Shown: positions 1-15,847 of the stretch, piece by piece
How positions within the stretch are numbered: position 1 is the first letter of the stretch
Layout of the letters: each line of letters begins with the position of its first letter
Source of the DNA: the human T2T-CHM13v2.0 reference genome, Homo sapiens
Strand: one strand, 5' to 3'
DNA length: 64,000 nt
Assembly (NCBI RefSeq): GCF_009914755.1
Contig: NC_060934.1
Translations under genes and position numbers: made by a program
Notes under the pieces: model-generated
What the model saw: the letters and a program-made list of their open reading frames with translations, nothing else
What the model was told of the DNA's origin: nothing
Databases searched by the model: none

Positions 1-326
1 GTGACTGGCTAATTTTACTTAGGATAATGTCCTCAGAGTTCACCCATGTTATAGCATTTATCAGAATTTCTTTCCTTTTTAAGGCAGAATAATATTCCAC
101 CGTATGCATATACCACAATTGGGTTTATTTGATTCATCTATTGGTGGACATTCGGGTTGCTTCCACCTTTTGGCTACTGTAAATAATGCAGCCTTCCTCC
201 TGTTCCCTTTCTCCCCTTAAGGGCCCTTCAGACCTCTGCCTTCTACCACTGGGCATAGTCTACACACAGATCATGACTTTTGGCTACTGTCAGTAATGAT
301 GCTATGAGCATGGGTGCACAAATACA
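1..326 (-). mobile_element. Old L1 (L1M-type) 3' fragment
   Basis: ttcctttttaaggcagaataatattcca...ggttgcttccaccttttggcta...gctatgagcatgggtgcacaaata resembles antisense L1M 3' end. Confidence 0.7.
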
Positions 327-340
327 CCTCCAAGAACTTT

Positions 341-636
341 GGGTGTGGGTGTATGTTTAGACAGAGTTTCACTCTGTGTCCAAGCTGCAGTGCAGTGTGC
401 AGTCATGGTTCACTGCAGGCTCAACCTCCTGGGGCTGCGTGATCCTCCTGCCTCAGCTTCCTGGGTAACCAGGACTACAGACATGCGCCACCACAACCAA
501 CTAATTTTTCATTTTCTATAGAGACGGGACCTCTGTATGTTGCCTAGGCTGATTTTGAACTACTGGGCTCACAGTATCCTCCTGCCTTAGCCTCCCAAAG
601 TGCTGGAATTACAGGCATGAGCCACCACACTTGGCC
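341..636 (-). mobile_element. AluJ
   Basis: Antisense Alu, TSD ctccaagaacttt. Confidence 0.88.
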
Positions 637-824
637 CTCCAAGAACTTTTGAAATAAACTCTATTAATTATATTCAGAAAACTTAATGCTATCACCTTAG
701 ACTGTATAGCATAAATTAAGTTCCTCCCACATAGCAATGCCTCCTTTTAAGATGCTGCTGGGTAATAGTCCTTAGTTTAAATATGTCCCAGCTCTCCTTA
801 GCACAGCAGCAGTCTTTTACATTA

Positions 825-1221
<397 letters not shown>

Positions 1222-1992
1222 TCAACACAGCTAATTGTTTTAGATAATTACCAGCCTTGGACTACAGACACATTTCACTAAGCCAGAAAATTATTTTTGA
1301 AATATTTTGATGATGCAGAGAAATCATTTAACCAATTCTGCTATCTCATTGTCTTTTATGAAACACTCCCTTTAAAAATATACAAGTATTTTAGACTATG
1401 CAAACATTTACGCTTGTTTGAAACTAAGTAATAAAATCTATTAAGGTTTTCTGTTGCAAATGAATTCATATCTTCCTGTGGAGTCATAATTTAAGATAAA
1501 AATAGTGAGATTCAAGTTCAAAAACAAATTTGGCAAATCAAGTATTGTAAAAGTCTAGGAAATGTGAAAATTTTATTCTAGTTGACTTTCATGTTTTACT
1601 ATTAATTTGCATGTGGTGAATTCCTACTTGCATTGATTCTAAAAGGTTGTATAAACTGTATGAGGATGGGAATTGTGTCTGTTTCATTTACTGTATGCTC
1701 AGTACATACTAGTACTCAACACATACTAGTCTCAATACATGCTGGGTACATACAAATGAATAATTACAACAGTATCATTTAGAAACTCTTCCATAGTCTT
1801 TCTTCATGCCTTAACATGGAATTAATAAACAAAATTTTAAGAAATGTCCTACATATAAGACAAAAAGGTCCCAAAGGATATAAATAATAGTCCTAATAAA
1901 ATCAAGATTTTTTTTCACTTGTTATTAGCATCCTAACTGCAATGGCCAACTAATTCAAAGGCCTATGCATACTATTATACTATTAACAGTAG

Positions 1993-2311
<319 letters not shown>

Positions 2312-2889
2312 CAAGATGAACTTTCACAAACATTTTTTAAAAAGACTTCTGCTCCTGTTGATAGCTCAACATTGAAGATACTATGAATTTTTAGTTAAAA
2401 ATTTTAAAAACATACAGTTTTGGCTTCTGTCAAAAGAATATTGCTGCCTCATTGTCACAGCTATAGCCAAGAACATTAAAATCTCATGTCCTAATGACAC
2501 TAGAAACATTAGACCAATTGTCATTTGCCCCTCCCAGCTATCATTTTTCTGTTTCTTCTGCAGAAATATCACTATCCTTTGGAACAATTTTGAAGGAAGG
2601 AGGTGGCTGAGATTATCCCATGGGACTTGTGGTTTTCTGGACTGAGACCATTCTTTCAGAGTTTCATGGGGCTGACCGCCACCACACCACAAATCACCTC
2701 AATGCTGGGAATACCTGAATCATCCAGGCTTTACACAGCCATACAGTGGTGCTGCCAGTTAGGAGCTAAGAATTTCTCACCTGGCTGTGGTGCTCTATGG
2801 CATGACCAATGCTTGGGTGAAATTCACCAAAAACAGCAAATAGTTATTTCTCCCTTTTTTATTATTATGTATCATATTATTGCTAACTA

Positions 2890-3270
<381 letters not shown>

Positions 3271-3855
3271 CTAACATATTTGGGTTTCATTTAAGAAAAT
3301 CATATCTTACATTATTATTTATGTATGTATATGTCCATACATATATACACACGTACACACATATTCTCAAATGGCAAGTGGGATCATGGACATCTATAAT
3401 CATGCATAAAAGAAAGGCCTGGGAGAGATTAGGAGTGTTGTTTTAATTCATGTTTTACCTCTTTGTTTGTGGCTGTCAGTAGATTAACATAAAGCATGTT
3501 GGAAAGAACCAGGGATTATCTTCTAGCCCAATGTATTCAACTTCTGTTTGCACATTTACATTCTTTCTCTGAATGATGAGCTCTCGGAGGTTTAGTAGGG
3601 ATAAGTTCCAAGGGAAGCCTTTCTCAAATTCATCACTTACAACATTTATACACACAGCTCTGATAGTTAAGTAGGACTGACTTTTTCTAATATGTGTAGG
3701 GATATTTCAAAATTATTTCTATTTTTTCCTGTGGGAGTTCTGATGTATACAAGCCTAGAGATTGAGTTTAGTGATGGTGCCAGGGAAGATTTTCTTTTCG
3801 GCAGGTTAAAAAGTCTTTGAAACCCTCCCATTTAAAAAAATAAATAAAGGATTCT

Positions 3856-4560
<705 letters not shown>

Positions 4561-4743
4561 TGAACTTTATCCAGAGTGACTGTCTTGCTGTAACAGATCA
4601 CTCTCTGGTCAGACCCCTTTCAAGGCTTTAACTTTCTTGTTTGATAGCATTCTCCCTTTTCAGTTCCTTTCAAATCCAGTGTTCATGACTTCCCTGATTC
4701 TATCAAGATATATTTATATTTTTTGAATGCGTGTGCTTTAAGC

Positions 4744-4990
4744 CAGTGGTCCCCAACCTTTTTGGCACCAGGGAACGAGTTTCCTGGAAGACTATTTTTC
4801 CACAGGTGGGGAGGGGGTGGGAGATGGTTTTGGGATGAAACTGTTCCACCCCAGATCATCAGGCATTAGTTAGAGTCTCAACCTAGATCCCTCCCATGTG
4901 CAGTTCACAACAGGGTTCACGCTGCAATGAAAATCTAATGCCACCCACTCACCCACTGCTCACCGCCCCCAGCTGTGCAGGAGACCCCTG
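4744..4990. mobile_element. MER1-family hAT-Charlie MITE (MER1B-like)
   Basis: Termini CAGTGGTCCCC...GAGACCCCTG, 8-bp TSD ctttaagc/ctttaggc. Confidence 0.85.
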
Positions 4991-5498
4991 CTTTAGGCAT
5001 TTCGATAAAGCTTTTTTTTTTTTTTTTTTTTTTGGCGTTGTACCATCACCCAACTCTGCAACTCCTCGAACAGTATGAGTGGGAAATGCCAGTGGCTTCC
5101 AATCTATCCTTTGGCACTCGAGGAGGGAGTTTATCCAGTATCTGATAAGACATAGCTGCCTTGGCATCTGCAAACTTTCCTGGAGCTCTGGAGAGATGTC
5201 TGAAATTTTATTTTTTCCATGTTGGTTGTTCACTTATTTTAGGAAGAGATACCTCTCCACCCTCACAGCCAGGAATCTATCCCGTTCTAGAGAATCGGTA
5301 CTGTGTTTTGCTCATTTTCCCCATGCACACGAACTTCTTGCATGAGATTCCCAGCAGTCTTGATTTCATAATCTTTCTCCAGAGCTTTGTAAAATGTCCA
5401 AGGATCCTGGGACAGAATATTCACTATAAGAAATTATTAAGCTGTCTAAAAACAGAAATAGCTTTTACACTGCCTGTAAGACAGCAAATAGGAGCGCT

Positions 5499-5801
5499 GG
5501 TTGGTTGATTGATTGATTGAGACAGCGTCTCACTCTGTCACCCAGGCTGGAGTGCAGTGGTACAATCCGCAGCTCACTGCAGCCTTGAACTCCTGGGCTC
5601 AAGCGATCCTCCCACCTAGTCTTCCAAGTAGCTAGCACTACAGGTGCACATCACCATGCCCAGGTAATTTTTGTATTTTTTGTAGAGATGGGGTCTTGCT
5701 ATGTTGCCCAGGCTGGCCTCATAATTCCTGGGCTCAAGCTATCCTTCCACCTGGACCTCCCAAAGTGTTGGGATTATGGGCATGAACCACTGCACCTTGC
5801 C
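5499..5801 (-). mobile_element. AluJ with (TTGA)n tail
   Basis: Antisense dimer. Confidence 0.9.
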
Positions 5802-5974
5802 TAGGAACTATTTATTAAGCAAATGTAAACAGTGTTCACTTTCATATCATCTGAGAGGACTTTTATACCTTTCCCTGTCCCTCAAACTTTGTATTCTCTT
5901 TTGCTTTCAGTATTTTTAGCATCTCTTTTTACTGTTAAAAAGTGAAAAGTATCTCTTTCATTTTTTAGTATTTT

Positions 5975-6303
5975 ATATTTTTTACTTACGTATTTTATTT
6001 TTTATTTTTATTTATTTATTTTTGAGACAGAATCTCACTCTGTTGCCCAGGCTGGAGTGCAGTGACACGATCTAGTCTCACTGCAACCTCCACCTCCCAG
6101 GTTCAAGAGATTCTCCTGCCTCAGCCTCATGAGTAGCTGGGATTACAGGTGTGTGCCACCACGCCCAGCTAATTTTTGTATTTTTAGTAGAGACGGGGTT
6201 TCACCATGTTGGCCAGGCTGGTCTCGAACTCCTGACCTCATGGTCCACCCAACTTGGCCTTCCAAAGTGTTAGGATTACAGGCAAGAGCCACCGCACCCG
6301 GCC
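5975..6303 (-). mobile_element. AluS
   Basis: Antisense dimer with T-rich tail. Confidence 0.9.
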
Positions 6304-6488
6304 ACTTATTTCATTTATTGACCTCACTTCATGCTCCACTAAGAAATAAAAACTTCACAGATAGCAACAGCCTCATCTTGCCACCACCAAATCTGTAAAC
6401 CTGCCTTTATCTGTGCCCCTTGTGTGTTCTCCTTCTTCCCTCCTGTTAGAAGAAGCATCTCTCCTCCTGTCAGAATCCTCCTGTTCTT

Positions 6489-6619
6489 GGCCAGGCATGG
6501 TGGCTCACACCTGTAATCCCAGCATTTTCGGAGGCTGAGGCAGGAGGATCATTTGAGCCCAGGAGTTCAAGATCAGCCTGGACAATATAGCAAGACCTCT
6601 TATCTATTAAAAAAAAAAA
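6489..6619 (+). mobile_element. Alu monomer (FLAM-like)
   Basis: Left monomer plus A-tail. Confidence 0.85.
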
Positions 6620-6620
6620 G

Positions 6621-6977
6621 TTTTTGTGTTCTTTGTTTCTCACCTTCCAAGACTTTTTCTTTCTCTTTTTGGAATCAAGGTCCTGCTTTGTCACCCAGGC
6701 TGGATTGCAATGGCACAAGCATAGCTCACTGCGGCTTCACAGCTTCAACCTCCCAGGTTCAAGTGATTGTCCTACATCAGCCTCCGGAGTAGCTGGGATT
6801 GCAGGTGCACGCCACAATGCCCTGCTAGTTGTTTTTTTTTTGTTGTTTTTTGTTTTTTTTTTGTAGAGATGGGGTTTTGCCATGGTGCCCAGACTGTCTG
6901 GAACTCCTGGTCTCAAGTAGTCTGCCCACCCTGGCCTCCCAAAGCAGGATTAGAGGTGGGAGCCACCGTGCCTGGCC
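6621..6977 (-). mobile_element. AluJ
   Basis: Antisense dimer directly abutting previous monomer. Confidence 0.85.
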
Positions 6978-7517
6978 CCAAGAGTTCCTATCCTGCAGCA
7001 TCTAGTCATCCCCTCTCTACTGGATCACTCCATCAGCATGACATATTATGGACATTATGGAGTGGCCCATGATCAGAGCCCAAAACACCACATCCCAGCT
7101 CCTCCCGCTCCATGCAGCCTCCTAGCTCTGCCCCCCTTCCCAGCCAGGCCTTTGACAAATGAGTGGTCTGCACTTAACTTCTCCCTTCCTCTCCTCTTCA
7201 TGTCCAGATATTCCTCCCACAGCTCTAACACATTGCTCCCAACAAGGCCACTAACAACCTCTGTGCTGTCAGAGAAGTCATAAACATCGTCTTATCTTAC
7301 CCAAGCTGTCAGCGGCCTTCACAATCGTTGAACCCTACCTCCAACTTGACATGTTCTCTGCTCTTGGCTTCTGAGACACCATGTTCTCTGGACATCTCTT
7401 GCCAGTTCTTTTTTTTTTTCTTTTGGGGAGGGAGTGGTAGGGACAGACAGACTCCTATCCCTCTGCATAACTTCTCAAAGTTAGGGTTCTTTAGCACTTA
7501 GAACCTGGCTCTTTTCA

Positions 7518-7689
7518 TTAGCCAGGTGTGGTGGTCCATGCTTGCTACTTGGGAGGCTGACATGGGAGGATCACCTGAGCCTAAGGAGGTCGAGGCTGCA
7601 GTGAGCAGTGATCACACCACAGCCTTCCAGCCCGGGCAACAGAGTGAGACCCTGTCTCAAAAATTAAAAAAAAAAAAAAAAAAAAAAAA
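7518..7689 (+). mobile_element. Alu right monomer / 5'-truncated AluJ
   Basis: Long A-tail, TSD agaa(cc/tt)tggctcttttc. Confidence 0.85.
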
Positions 7690-8253
7690 GAATTTGGCTC
7701 TTTTCTCTTTACTTCTCACTCTTAGATTCAATTTTTATTTCCAAGCTTCCCCACTTGTATATTCACACGGACCTCAAACTTACCCAAATCGGAGCACCTG
7801 ATTGCCCACCTCTACCACCCAACATGTTCTTCTCTCAGGCTCCCCCTTTTCAATAATGGCCCTAGCCATCAATAAGCCCTGTTGTTTCTATAATAACTCT
7901 AAAATACACCCAGCTTCACCACTACCACACATCTCCAAGCCACCATCCACTCTCATCTGGACTCTGCTTCTGCTCTTATTCCTTTCCAACGTGTTCAAAA
8001 AGTTAAACTGGAGAAAATTGACAGCATCTGCATTTACGCAGGGGCGGTAGGAATGGGAGAGGAGGGGAGGCATTTTAAAACTATGTATTTAGTGGTTAGA
8101 ACATGCAGATTCTAGTGAACCAATGCAAAGTGGGAAAGAACCAAGAGGAAGGAGTCCAGGTTAAAGGGATATTCAACAGAATGGGGCAGATGGGAAGGCC
8201 AGGCTTTGAACAGGTGACTTCGTCTTGGGACTTGTTGAGCTGTGGGAGGATCA

Positions 8254-8612
<359 letters not shown>

Positions 8613-8775
8613 GGCTAAATATGTACATATAGGAATCATCCATGATAGGATGTACTTGAAGCCATGGAGGCAAATAAAATCACCTGGGAAAAAATGTACA
8701 GATGAGAAGATGAGAGTGTAATCCTGCTTCTTGCCGCAGGTTGAGTTTTTGGAGCACCCTCGTTCCACCTTCTAG

Positions 8776-9228
<453 letters not shown>

Positions 9229-9490
9229 CCCAACTTCTTTATAAAGGTTTTGTTACTGAACATTTTGGCACTTAATAAAATTATCTAAACCTCCCAAGAG
9301 AGTGACAACACTTGACAAACACATACAGGCACACCTCCCTACCCTGGGGATGACTTATCTGACATTCCAGTTACGGTGCACGAAGCCAAGAATCCCTAAG
9401 TAGCAAATAAAACCTTTCAACCATTGAAGTAGAGTTATAACTTCCAGACACTAAAGCTGGAGTTCGTCTTTTGCCTATTTAATCTATATA

Positions 9491-9740
9491 TTTTTTATTT
9501 TTTAGAGACAGTGTCGCTCTGTCACCCAGCCTAGAGTGCAGTGACATGATCATAGCTCACTGCAGCCTCAAACTTCTGGACTGAAGCAACCCTCCAGCCT
9601 CAGCCTTCTGCATAGCTGGGACTACAGGTCCCAGCACACCACCATGCCCAGCTAAATTTTTTACAGAGACGAGGTCTCACTATGTTGCCCAGGCTGGTCT
9701 CAAACTCCTGACCACAAGCAATGCTCCTGCCTCAGCCTGT
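9491..9740 (-). mobile_element. AluJ (partial)
   Basis: Antisense Alu. Confidence 0.85.
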
Positions 9741-10121
9741 CAATATTTTACCTGTATTTCTCATCAGCTTGGTTTTTTGGTCATGGTTGTTAATTTTTGA
9801 ATTATATGAAAGTCCTACATAGAAGGTTCTCTCCTGGTGTTTTGGCAGATGTAAGAAAATTGATTTCGTTTGTAGCTGTTAATTTGAGAATCCATTGTAG
9901 ATACTAGCAATTTCTGAAGGAATAAGAGATTCACACTTTAATGGGACTTCACAATCTTTCATCTAAAAATTCTAGCTCCTGGTAGGGAGACAAGTTCCAG
10001 ACCCACAACTATTAGAAATATGTTAATAAACTGGGCCCCGGATTGAAGCATGTCTAAACAAACTATGGAATTTAATAATGTCCGAATAATGTGGAAATAA
10101 TGTTTTCAGTGGAATAGGATG

Positions 10122-10418
10122 AGGCTGGGTGTGGTTCTCACACCTGTAATCCCAGCACTTTGGGAGGCCGAGACGGGCGGTTCACTTGAGGTCAGGAGCT
10201 GAGAGCAGCCTGGCCAACATGGTGAAATCCTGTCTCTACTAAAAATACAAAAATTAGCCGGGCATGGTGGCAGGTGCCTGTAATCCCAGCTGCTAGGGAG
10301 GCTGAGGCAGGAGAATTGCTTAAACTCAGGAGGCGGAAGTTGCAGTGAGCCAAGATCACAACACTGCACTACAGCCCAGGCAACAGAGCAAGACTCTGTG
10401 TTTGTTAAATAAATAAAT
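10122..10418 (+). mobile_element. AluS
   Basis: Dimer, TSD tggaataggatga. Confidence 0.92.
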
Positions 10419-11426
10419 GGAATAGGATGAAACAGAAAAACATTGTCATTTTTTGAAAACTCTGAAATAATCTATTCTAAAGTAATTCAATTGAAATAAT
10501 AAATTCACTTTGCATTCTCCTTTTGCCACAAGATTCAAATATTTACTAACTGGCATCAACACTGGTGTTCAAATTCAGTATTGGCAATTTCACACTTGAA
10601 GACTGTCTGTGTTCCCAGAGAGTGTTAAGTCTAACTTTGAGGTCCACAAATATTTATTGGTGTCTGGTGTATGCCAGCAACTGGGAAAACAATAGGAGGT
10701 GGTTCCTACCTCAAAAAGCTTGCAGTTTGGTGAATTTACAGTCTAGTAAGACTAGACCTACGTAAAAGATACAGAGCAATGCAAAACAGTAGATGTCAGA
10801 TGCCATTTGACTAACATACGCGTTAATTGCTGCAGGATTTCTAGGGAAGGAGAATCTGGTGGGCTGCAGTAGGAGAAATTGGAAAATAATTTACTATTCT
10901 CCATTGACAGTGGCAGTCAGGAACCTGGGAGCCCAATTTATTTGTCCCCTCAACCCAACTCAAATGGGTCCTCCCTTGGGAACTTTGCTGCCAACTTGCT
11001 CCTCTTCTAAACCCCTCCCCAGGCACAGTCTATCAACCCCAACTTTGCAAAACTTCCATTTTTTGTTCTTAACTATGCTAAAGTACTCACAATGCATTGC
11101 AATTGTTTGTAAGCCTGTCTCCTCTACAAGATTCTGATTTCCTGTTTTGTTATGTTCATCTTTGAATTCCCCTACTGCTTAGTATGATACATACAATATT
11201 GTTAGTGTCCCCAAAAAGTGTTTTTTTGTGAATTAAAGAAATGAATGAATTCACAATGTATGACTTGGGCCTTAAGGAAGATGGCATTCCTACATCTTAA
11301 AATTAGTAAACAGCATACCTTTACCAGGCACATGTTGATCAGAAATAAAGGAAAGTAAGTAGCCTGTAGAACTGGGGTGCTCAAACACCAATTTTTCTCA
11401 GGATTACTGAAAAACTTAAATATACA

Positions 11427-11759
<333 letters not shown>

Positions 11760-11837
11760 CTAAATATAAAGTTCACCCCAAACTTAGTAAATCTGAATCT
11801 GCAGGCATTCAGGCAAAACTGCAGACTGAGCGTCTGA

Positions 11838-12154
<317 letters not shown>

Positions 12155-12271
12155 TGAATTTTTTAAAGGTGCCATAAGTGATATACAGCCAGGTGGTTAC
12201 TATAAAATGTTTGCAGATAACTGGCACTGGTTGCTATGAAGAAGCAAATATTTTTAAATTTAATAATATTA

Positions 12272-12529
<258 letters not shown>

Positions 12530-13452
12530 TCACCCTTGGGGGTTCAAGGTCAGCACCATGGACATCGCCATTGGATGGGTTGGTTTTTATCATTCCTTCC
12601 TTCACACCAGTCTGTCAATTACCCCATCTTCCTTTATTTCGTTGCTAATATTTATGCCTCTCTAGTGTCATCCCACTTGATGTATTTAATATGTTGTTGG
12701 CAAGCATGGCAGTTAGCTCAACTTTTTAGCAGCTGTATTTTGAATGAAAACCAACCTCATGTTCCAAGTCCTCTTGCTTAATTCTAGCAAATTCCTAAAC
12801 TGTATCCAAATCTAGAAGTCTGACCCCTATGTGGGGTGGTTCTTAGGAAAACTTATTTAGACTGTATTACAAGTAGTTCGGTTCTAACCTCTTAATTTTA
12901 CATTTGTACAAATTGAGGCTCAGAGAGATGACGTTCTTGAGATGGAGAGTTACTGATAATAAACTAAGTTCAACAGTGTTTTCATGGTTTGGTCCAGAAG
13001 TTACTATAAAATCGTAACCACATCCATGGAAGGAATATCTAGTTACTAATAAAAATAAATCTAATGGTTGATACAGTTTCTCTAAATCCTCCCTACTCTT
13101 TATTAAAACCTATTTAACCACATTTATACATGTTTATGTACAATGTTATCCACCCCAATAAGTCCTGGGATCTTGAGGTTAAGAGTCCTGGTTCTATTCA
13201 TCTTTGAATACACCCCAACAACAAAAACAGAGATTAATTATACTCATATTTTTTCTTTATCATGCTATAAATCCACTTTGCAGTTAATATCTATGAAAAT
13301 TAATGAACATTTAAAATAAAGTATTCAACTTAGGAATTGAATATATATTATATATTTATTGAATGCGTTTTCATCTCTATTTAAGGAAACCAGATAATTG
13401 CACTAGCCAAAATAAAAAAATTTAAAATCCACATTAAAAAGAAATGTATTCA

Positions 13453-13553
13453 GGGCCAGGCATGGTGCCTCATGCATGTAATCCCAGCACTTTGGGAGGC
13501 TGAGGCTGGAGGATCACCTGAGGTCTGGAGTTTGAGGTTGGCCTGGCCAACAT
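13453..13553 (+). mobile_element. Alu 5' fragment
   Basis: ggccaggcatggtg...ggccaacatg, then stops. Confidence 0.85.
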
Positions 13554-13820
13554 GTATATAATATATATATTGTATATAATGTATAGTATATATCATATAG
13601 ACTGTGATATATTGCATATATTATATATAGACTATGATATACAGCATGTGTTACATATACTATATAATATATGGTGTATATTATATGTGGTATATATTAT
13701 ATAGAGACTGATATACTGTATTGTATATATTACATATGATATACTGGATAGACTATGATATACTGTGTATATTATATATACTATTTACGTTATTCTGTAT
13801 ATATTATATATACACTATAT
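13554..13820. repeat. Degenerate TA-rich tandem / low-complexity repeat
   Basis: Recurrent tatatagact(a/g)tgatata units. Confidence 0.8.
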
Positions 13821-14271
13821 CTCTCACCTTTCTATCTAAACCTGCTTCAGTTGCATTGCATGGAGCCTTTGCATACAGTTTGTTCACCCCTAAATTATAC
13901 ATGCAGTTCACCAGATCCTATTACGCTATGTCTGTTCCCCCTTTAAATTGATTTTTCACAAGCACTTAGCTTGGTGTCTTCAGCGTCTGGCACCTGGTAG
14001 GCATTGAGATGTTTGTTGCAATCTTTCTCAAATGCTGGGTGTGGATGGTGGTGGTGTCAGCAGCAGAATTAAAAGATAAAGGAAACCATCTGTCCTTAAA
14101 GGAACTCACCCTGGTCACAGAGACTGACATGCAAGGGGAAAGGGTATGAATGTATGAGCCAAGCATGCCAGTGTCCGTTCTCCTGGTTCCCAACAACAGT
14201 GTTAATTTTATGGTAGATGCCATTTCAAGTCCCACAGCCATCGATGTGGTCAAATGAAAGGTGTTACACAG

Positions 14272-14602
<331 letters not shown>

Positions 14603-14859
14603 TCAGATGAGTGTTTCTGGAAGACCTTAAAATTAAGAAATTATTTGTTCATAATAAAGACTACCCTTTTCCCTACAGAATGTAATTAAGATATTTATTT
14701 TTTATAACCTAAAAATTCGTCTTTGTCAGTATCATTTTCTGCAAGATAGGAAGCTATTATCCTGCAGCCACTGGTTTTTGTGAAACTGCCCATGGTTTAC
14801 GCCTTTGTATTTTTTTCCTGTGTCCTCTGGAGCACTAGTTAGCCAAAGTCTAAAATTGG

Positions 14860-15120
14860 AGCAGAAATTATGGGGCAGTGGAGTTGGAATTACAGCTTAG
14901 ACTCCTGTCTCTACCACATGTAACTATGGCCTGCCATCTGATGTTCTTCATTTGCAAAGTGGGAATAATAGTACTTAATATACCTGTTGAAAATATTTGA
15001 CTTTCTGACTCAGAAGGGATCTTAAAAATGTCCTTTTATAATTGAGGTAAAGAAGAAATCGCTAGGTAGGGAAATGTATGTAGTAAATGATGAAATCTGT
15101 AAAGATGTTTTAAAAATTGT
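14860..15120. mobile_element. MIR fragment
   Basis: ttcttcatttgcaaagtgggaataatagtac MIR core. Confidence 0.55.
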
Positions 15121-15412
15121 AAATACCTCTACAAATATCATATACTACTCAAGCAACATCCTAACATCACTAGGCATTTGTTTTCTGTTTAACTGCCTTT
15201 GGAAGACCTGCATGTAAAGTAACAAATATGTCTCACCCCAGACGTGTTCAACTCCCGTATCTCCCTTTTTCATTACAGTCATCTCTCTGGCTCCTTCACT
15301 GCCCCCATTCCTATCCATCTGCTCTTTGATGTCATATGCACCTTACAGGTTTCAGTTTCTCTTCCCGGCTTTGCTTTCTTTTCTGCTTGTCTTGAGCCCC
15401 ATGGTTGACTAG

Positions 15413-15847
<435 letters not shown>

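Larger units (their letters stand above)
6310..7960 (+). mobile_element. L2 fragments interrupted by Alus
   Basis: Decayed L2 ORF2-like motifs (cttatcttac...tcagcggccttcaca...cttggcttctgagacacc). Confidence 0.55.

Noticed and set aside
1698-1748. Three ~17-bp ctca.tacatactagt units
   Set aside because: Short degenerate slippage in what looks like an old L2 3' end; no sign of function
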